Shown here: in pieces, positions 33,184 through 39,834 of the stretch
Numbering within the stretch: position 1 is the first letter of the stretch
How the letters are laid out: each line of letters begins with the position of its first letter
DNA from: Hyphochytrium catenoides
Taxonomy: Eukaryota; Protista; Hyphochytriomycota
Length of the DNA stretch: 39,834 nt
Assembly (NCBI GenBank): GCA_900088475.1
Contig: FLMG01003623.1
Location: 1-39,834, forward strand
Direction: 5' to 3'
Position numbers and translations under genes: made by a program
The notes under the pieces: model-generated
The model's input: the letters and a program-made list of their open reading frames with translations, nothing else
Database searches by the model: none
Told to the model about the DNA's origin: nothing

Positions 33184-36100
33184 TCAGGCAGCACGATTAG
33201 GTTCGTGGAGCTCATCTGCAATCTCGCTGTGTTGATCTGAAGCGCGTAGGTCCCACTTTTTGGCTGTCTGAGCTTTAGCAGGAGATGGCATTACAAGGTT
33301 TGCGCCGGACATTCTTGGTGTTTCTGCAATCATAAAAGAAGCTCTTCAATATTGACAAAGCAGTTGATAGGCAGTTTCATAGGCCAATCTGTCTACCTGT
33401 GTTCAAGTCCATCCTTAGCGGTTGAAGAGCTCGGTGGGATCCTGATGGGGTGGTATGGGCTCTTCTGAGCGCAGTAGGAGGCGTGCCGAGGGCAGCCAGT
33501 ACAGCTTCCTTAGGCGTGCGCAGCGAACTGAATAGGATATAAGAGGGGTTTGTCATGCGCGAAAAGCCGGAATGGAAGGCGCCAAAGTAACTACATCATC
33601 AGCCGCGTCTTCAATATGCTCGCAAGCTTACCGTTTAGTGGAAGTGAGATGTTCTGCGCGAAGCCTTGGGGCAGAGCACTCATGCAGCTTCGGAGCCGGT
33701 GAATCACTGTTAAGAGGAATGGGTGTTCTTACGCTGCTACCAGGACCAATGCTGTGGCGCCGTTTGGCAGCGGTCATGGGCGTGCGAGGAGCCTGTGAAG
33801 TGCTACCTATAGAAGTGGAAGCGGCTTCTGTCGCAGCTTCATCAGGAACAGAGTTAAAGTTCTTTTTATGCAGCTGATGCTGACGAAGATCGAACTCGAT
33901 TTCCTTTTGAAGCTGAGGATCGGAGGACAAAACATCTTTCACCTCTTCCTTGAACTGGCTGCAGACTTCTGCCAGATACGACATAAGATCTCTCGTAAGA
34001 GAGCTGTGGCACCTTTCCAGCTTATGTTTTAGGGCGATAAGGATCGGCAAGATGTTCTCAATTAGGTGCTTTCGCGAGAGCTTAGTCAGGACCTATTCCA
34101 GGGTCGTGAACCAGGTCTCAGTCTCAGCGGTTAAGTGCGTGTGTGGAAGAGAACATGTATACCTTGTTTCTAGCTGCATCTAGACTTCGAAGTTGTGCAG
34201 CTGCGTCATCATCATCTTCCAAGTCATGGGATTCGGCACCTTGTAGCTTCATTTCTTGGCTGCACAGGACGCGAAAGCTATCCCGCAGAACCCACTCCAC
34301 GGTCGGATCTTTCAACTCCGACCCAGGGATAGTGAGTCGTAAGCCGTCGTCGACGACAGCGGCGAGAATCTACGGAAGGAAAGGGATTCTGCTTTTTATC
34401 CATGAGTAGGTGACAGCACAACAAACACCTACCTCTGCTGTAATCTTGCCCATAGCTTGCAGCTTCTGCTCACTTTTAAAGGTTCCTAGCATGGCTGCGT
34501 AGCAACGGAATCGAGCTTCACTACCACTTTCCCCTTCGAGCTGACAGCTTGCCCTTCCTGAACCTGAAGAAGCCACAGTCTCGAAACCTGTAGGTGTCCA
34601 CACAATAAGTGCAGCTTTCTAATAAACTGAGTACACCAGCCACGTCTTACCTGAAGGTCTCTGGGTGCAGTTGTTAAACGCAAAGATTGCGTCAATAAAA
34701 TTGTTATGTAGAAGATGCGGGAACCTTCTGAGATATGTGACGGTAAGAGTGAATTGCGCCAGCTTGGCTAATTCTGCGTCCTCATCAGCCATCAAGACGG
34801 CAAGGTCTAAGAAAAGTGGGAGCCTATCGCTTTCGTTAGCCATGTCTCTGAGTCCGAGATTTACCGCATTGTACCTGCACTTGACGTAGTCCTGGAGGAT
34901 GAGCTGGGATAAGATCGTGAAAGCGTGCCGTCTGACGACGCAGTTGGTGTCTCCCAAACATTTGGCCATAGAGTCGATGTAGGGGTCCACCATAGAGGTG
35001 TAGCGGATACAAAGATCGCTCAGAACCAAAAGGATGTTGGAGCGGATGGCTGCAGTAGAATTCAAGTTCGATTCCAGCTCTCTGACGAATGTTGTCATAT
35101 TCTGCTTTGCCAAGTCCTACACCGCCATGTGTGATCTGGATACCTTACGAGTAGGGTGAAGAAAAAAGCGAATCTTACCTTCTCTACCAAGCAGAGCTTT
35201 CCGAGCGTAACGAAAGCGTGAGCACGTACTCTAGAAGGTATTTGAAAGGGCGCCACCACCCCGTCGGATGACGCATGAGATGACAAGGTCGATATTGCTG
35301 GGGCGAGAAGGGATTGAACAATGAGGACTGCTTTCCTTGTGGGCCGCAGAGACTTCTGCACCTTACGCTGATCAGGAAAGTCATTTAGTGTGATGTCCAC
35401 AAAAGAACGAGCCATGGTATACCTGGTCTTGATCCTTATCGAACCCCACAAGGAACATTTCTCCAAGGCTAAAGAGTCGCCGCTCAACTTCTTCAACCTC
35501 AAGCTGGCGCCTCTCCTCATTGGATAACCGCATAACGTAGCCCTCTAGGAAATCTTCCGCTAACTTCGAAATATCTGTGGCCCAGGACAGGCAAATGGTC
35601 CTGGCAACCTCTTCTTGAGGAACTTTAGCATAGCACAGCCTCTCCAGGGCCGACACCATTAAATGAATAAGGGGCGGTGGACAGCTGAAGTTGACCAGGT
35701 GCTGCAGTAGATCATCTGCGAGCTAAAACATTGCATCAGCCTTTCCCCCCAAAGGAGATCATGCACAACGCGTACCTCTGCCGCCTCTTCTGCAGGGATT
35801 GTGCTAGCTGTACTAGCCAGGACCTTGAGTATCCGCTGCACGCTCTGCGGGTTAGTATCAGCTTCTCTTCTTGATATCTGCAGAACAGGTCCGTCAACAA
35901 TTAAGGGTATGACTTTAGATCGCGTATCTTTCCTTTCATACCCTGCGCCAACATTGAACCACAAAGTCAGGGTTAAAGTACTCATTGCCCTTTCCTTTCC
36001 GCTTGAGAAGCAGATCTTGCTCTGCAACGAGTATTCTTGTTAGCACCCTTTGGGAGGTCTCATTGCCTCAACCACTCGCACCTGCTAGCTCTTCCAATAT

Positions 36101-39100
36101 AATCCAGGCGCAATTTCCCAATGCCTCCCTGTATTTCAGTTCTCTGTCCGCGGCCTCATCTTCTAGTGCATTGAGCGATTCGCTGGCAGCTTTTCTCATG
36201 CTTGACATTAAAGTCAGGGCATCCACTGCACCTGACTGGATCAATTGCGTTACCGCCTTTTGAAAGCAGCGTATTAATGGTCCTTCCAGTTGGTTTAATA
36301 GGGTCCAAGCCCCTTGTCTACGTGTCTACGGTTAGGTAAGCAGCACTTGTCACAGATGCCGGAGCCTTCACACCTTGATATTGAGGAGTCCTCAGGTGAC
36401 CAGCTGAGGATCCTATACAGTTACTACCGTCAACGAAACCGTTCACTAAGCCGAGAAGGGACATGCAAACCTTTGAATAATGATTGCGTCGATGGCTTCA
36501 ATGGCCTTTTGCTGCATGACACGGTCAGCAGGTGCGACAAGATAGTATGCAGTTATTGAATCTACCTGTACAGTTGTCTCCACATCCGAAACAAGCGGAA
36601 CAACCCCTGACAGCCAAGTCGACTGTAAGCTTTGGTTGCTGAAATCTCCTCGGACAAGAGTGGTTATCAGGCTGATAGCCTGTTTCCGCACTAAGACGGA
36701 CTCATCCGTACACTTAGAATGAATAGCGTCATAGTCGGAGTCCGTAATGTGTTCGTAGACTGGAAGACGGCCTACTGAACCCAGAATAATAAGCCCTTCT
36801 AAGCCCTGAAGGGCATACTTGCGGACGGACGACTTCAAATCCGCCATTCTTTTCAGGAATAGACCAATAATTTCGTGAAGTAATGTCTCTGTCGTGCCAG
36901 AAGTCTACAAACGGCACGGCGACGAAAGTCAGTATGGAACGCTGCAACACTTGAAACAACGTGTCGCTACCTTCTCCTGAAGATTTGCACTCAAGCAACC
37001 GAGGAGAGTTCGATCAAGTGTTGTTATACTCTCAAATGATGTCCAGTAAACTTTAGAAGAAAACTGCGCGAGCGGAAGGGACAGAAGATTGGCGAGTCCC
37101 TGCAATGCTTTGGCACGCACGGATGGAGCCTTGTCACGACCTCTTTCCAAGAGGATTGACAGCAAGAGCCTGAAGACAGAGGCTGGTCCATCAGCCGAGT
37201 CTTTTGAGATTACCGGTGTGTTAATTACCCAACCTCATGTCATTATACTCAAGACCTACCTTCGCCATTACCAGCACTATTGGTCCTTACAGAGCTCTCT
37301 AGAAGCTTTGACGACAGCTCAGCTGCGAAAAATCTGAAGCTAACCTAGGTGCGCGTCAATGAAGGCTTAAAGGTGCCTGAGACTTCGCATTGTCATGCAT
37401 CTACCTTCGTGTTCTTAGACAGCTTGGTCAAGAACTTTAAGAATGATTTCCTGGCCAAATCAGGAAGTTCTTTAGCATCATAGATCTGGTTGTTGTTGTT
37501 TTTTTGTTTGGGGGGTTGGGGAGAAGCGAAGAGAGGAGAGGAGAGATGGGGGGCGTGGAGGAAATGAAAAAAGAATAGTCAGCGTACGACTCGAATCCCA
37601 TCCGTACTTAACTTTCTACCTTCTTGATGGCTTCGATAGTCAGACCGCGAGGCTCCGCCTTGTCCGACGGGTTCGTACAGATATGCTGTAGGACAGTTAC
37701 GATGGTTGCTGCCACAGCGGCGTGGAGCTCTTCTTCGTTTGCACTCTTCTCGAGGAGTTCCTTTAGCATCCCCACTGCAGCATTTTGGATGACGCTCCGT
37801 TGCTTGTTCGTCAAGCTATCGCATTGAGGGAGGCGGCAACTCAGGTTTAAGAGAGGAAGCATCCGCTGCCCTAGTGCATTAAGAGCCTGCGTCTTATTCT
37901 CTATAGGACCATCTCCGTCCATCACAGTCGCTAGACCTAGACGTCGAGCAAGAAGAGAGCAACGGGAATGCAAGTTCGGGTCTGGAGAGGGGCGCTGCTC
38001 GGCAGCGACAGTTAGAAGGAGGCTTAGATCTACAGTGGCTTGACTGAGCTCCTCTCTCTCTGCTAGAGACATCATATCAAAGAGCCCATCCGAAATTGTA
38101 TCTGCAAGGGTCTCAATGGCAGCCAGACCACGCTCATTGGCAGCGTTGTTGGTTCTCCAAGTTGCTTTGCAATTAGATCTGCCTGCCGTCAGTGAAGTTA
38201 CTTCCCCTATGTCATCCTCATCCTGCGACGCTTGTGAGTCTGGCTCTTCGTCCTTTCTCCTACTCAAGCCACGCATAGTAGCTGAAGTGCTGTCTTCCTT
38301 TCCTACTCGGGACAAAGCTGGCTTAGTATTATTAAAATCATAGCGCGACAATAGCACACACACGCCCTGACCTCCTTTGCCAACATGGGGAGAAATCTTG
38401 CGCTTTTTGGACGGCGGAAGCTCTGGGCCGCTCTCTTCATATTCTGGACCCATTAGAGCAGATTTAATCCATGCTCTACAAGCCTAGTCCAATCTCAGCT
38501 TCCCTATTAGGTTGGCAAAAGGACTAAAGTGCTCACCAGCAAAACCGATCGATAGACTTGCGACGAAAATAGGCCATGAGCAGAGGTCCCAGGAATCCCT
38601 AACCAGTTAAGATATGTGGAAGCCGCAAGGTTCTGAAGCTGGGTTCACAATGTCGTTAGAGGTCACCATTTTCGATCAACGTCTTCACTGTGGCTCTACC
38701 TGAAGAAGATCCTCCCAATCCTCCTTAAGGTTTTCCTCCTTAGACTTCGCCAAAATCTGATGAAGACAGGCGTACAGTGCACGATAGAGCACGATCGAAG
38801 AATCTTTGAAAAGTAGTGGGGTATTAGTATGATGGCTGGAGAATGACAGCAGAGGAGTAACGAACCTTCTCCCATTACGTTTAGCTGGACATCTTGCGAG
38901 GAAATGAAGGCCCAGAAAGGAGACTGCAAGGCTGAAGTTGCTTTAGTGGAAGGACTCTTTAAGCAACAGCCACTACGCACTTACCAGGTAGGAGACTCAA
39001 CTCTTTGCCGCTATTGGCAGAGGTCTTGCAACGACTTCGCCATGATTTCATCAGATGATGGAGTTCGCTTAGTGTACCAGCTAACTTTCTTAGCCCTAAG

Positions 39101-39379
39101 GTCCCCAAAGAAAGAGCTTTAATATCTCACACTGGCCTCGACCACTAAGATCAAGATCAACTCCACACCTTCCTGGTCATGAGGCACGACATCTTCTGCT
39201 TCGTCAATGTCTGGGGCACTTTGCTCCATGGAGGAGTCTTGACTGTTACCTCCAAACAGCGCATTGATGGAGGTTAAACTCACATCTTTTAGCGGTAAAC
39301 GTTTTAGGCATTGCACAAAGTCGTCCTCAAGCTTTGTCATTCCTGTCAGGCTGTGCGGCGTCTGACCGCCAACCCTCAT
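33184..39379 (-). CDS. NCAPD3: Condensin II HEAT-repeat subunit CAP-D3; many exons
   Basis: AASTYLNWLGIPG; DKAEPR; RGRDKAPSVRAKALQGLA; DLKSSVRKYALQGL; DESVLVRKQA; VRAHAFVTLGKLCL; IRSNILLVLSDLCIRYTSMVDPYI; LILQDYVK; KHLIENILPILIALKHKLE...LAEVCSQFKEEVKDVLSSDPQLQKEIEFDL (CAP-D3-type C-terminal block); TP/SP-rich tail. TGA at 33184-33186. Start is 39379 or 39340. Confidence 0.9.
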
Positions 39380-39598
39380 TATTCAGCGAGTCTTAGCGCG
39401 TTTACTCCTTTTTATAATGACGTCTGACCTATGCCTGTGAAGCTGACGAAGTCCGCATAATCCTATGAGCCAGCTTCATGAAGCTTTTTGCCTCAACCGC
39501 TATTTTCGCTTGTTTAGAAATGGAGCTCAGGTTCAAAGGCGATCGTGCCAATTTTCAAGCATTCAAAATTCGCTCCTAACGAAATTCCACCCATCCTC

Positions 39599-39753
39599 GT
39601 ACTTGTTTACTTGGTACTACAGTACTTGAGTTCGCTAGAACTTACCCTTTCACCTAACCGGTAACTACTAACAAAAGATGTAGTTGTACACTTGTACACA
39701 CTACAACACTCCTTCTCTCGAGGGCGTTTCATTTCCAAGTACGACTCAAGTAC
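39599..39753. repeat. Nested imperfect inverted repeats (foldback/MITE-like remnant)
   Basis: GTACTTG-type units at 39599-39630 are mirrored by CAAGTAC units at 39735-39753 (gtacttgag / ctcaagtac are exact reverse complements). A central near-palindrome tgtagttgtaca-ct-tgtacacactaca lies at 39679-39705. Confidence 0.5.
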
Positions 39754-39834
39754 ACAGGTCGTGCATAGTGCATAGTAGTTCACAAGACTTTGTCCCTGAC
39801 GACCTTCTTGACCTCCTTGCCCAACACAACCACG

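Noticed and set aside
35935-35995. Possible GC-AG intron in CAP-D3
   Set aside because: The frame reads through (KGKGNEYFNPDFVVQCWRR) to a canonical GT donor, so no non-canonical splice site is needed.
1-39834. CRISPR arrays, prokaryotic operons/defence systems, intact transposase or reverse transcriptase ORFs
   Set aside because: The window is spliceosomal-intron-rich eukaryotic DNA. No regularly spaced repeats or DDE/RT motifs were seen.

Overview
Eukaryotic genomic DNA, gene-dense, with many short canonical GT-AG introns (mostly about 45-100 nt). The ORF track therefore shows exon fragments, not whole genes. Hand splicing gives ten protein-coding genes: (1) a long coiled-coil protein running off the left edge, with a dynein-adaptor-like CC1 box; (2) an ELO/GNS1 fatty-acid elongase; (3) an intronless Pro-rich orphan; (4) a mitochondrial carnitine/acylcarnitine-type carrier; (5) an intronless, internally duplicated multi-pass membrane protein; (6) a CID-domain Rtt103/RPRD-like protein; (7) an NPC1-like sterol transporter; (8) a PP2A B56 subunit; (9) anthranilate synthase component I without a presequence; (10) condensin II subunit CAP-D3. 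A stramenopile-like protist is my inference from gene content and protein style; it is not proven. The long divergent intergenic regions are TpA-rich and hold decayed coding-like relics, including a broken ASCH-domain gene start. The best novelty candidates are the putative dynein activating adaptor (CC1 box plus Spindly-like motif), the two-repeat membrane protein, and CTD-mimic-like motifs in the CID protein tail. No rRNA, tRNA, CRISPR array or intact transposon was found. Gene boundaries are hand-derived and the start codons are less certain than the family calls.
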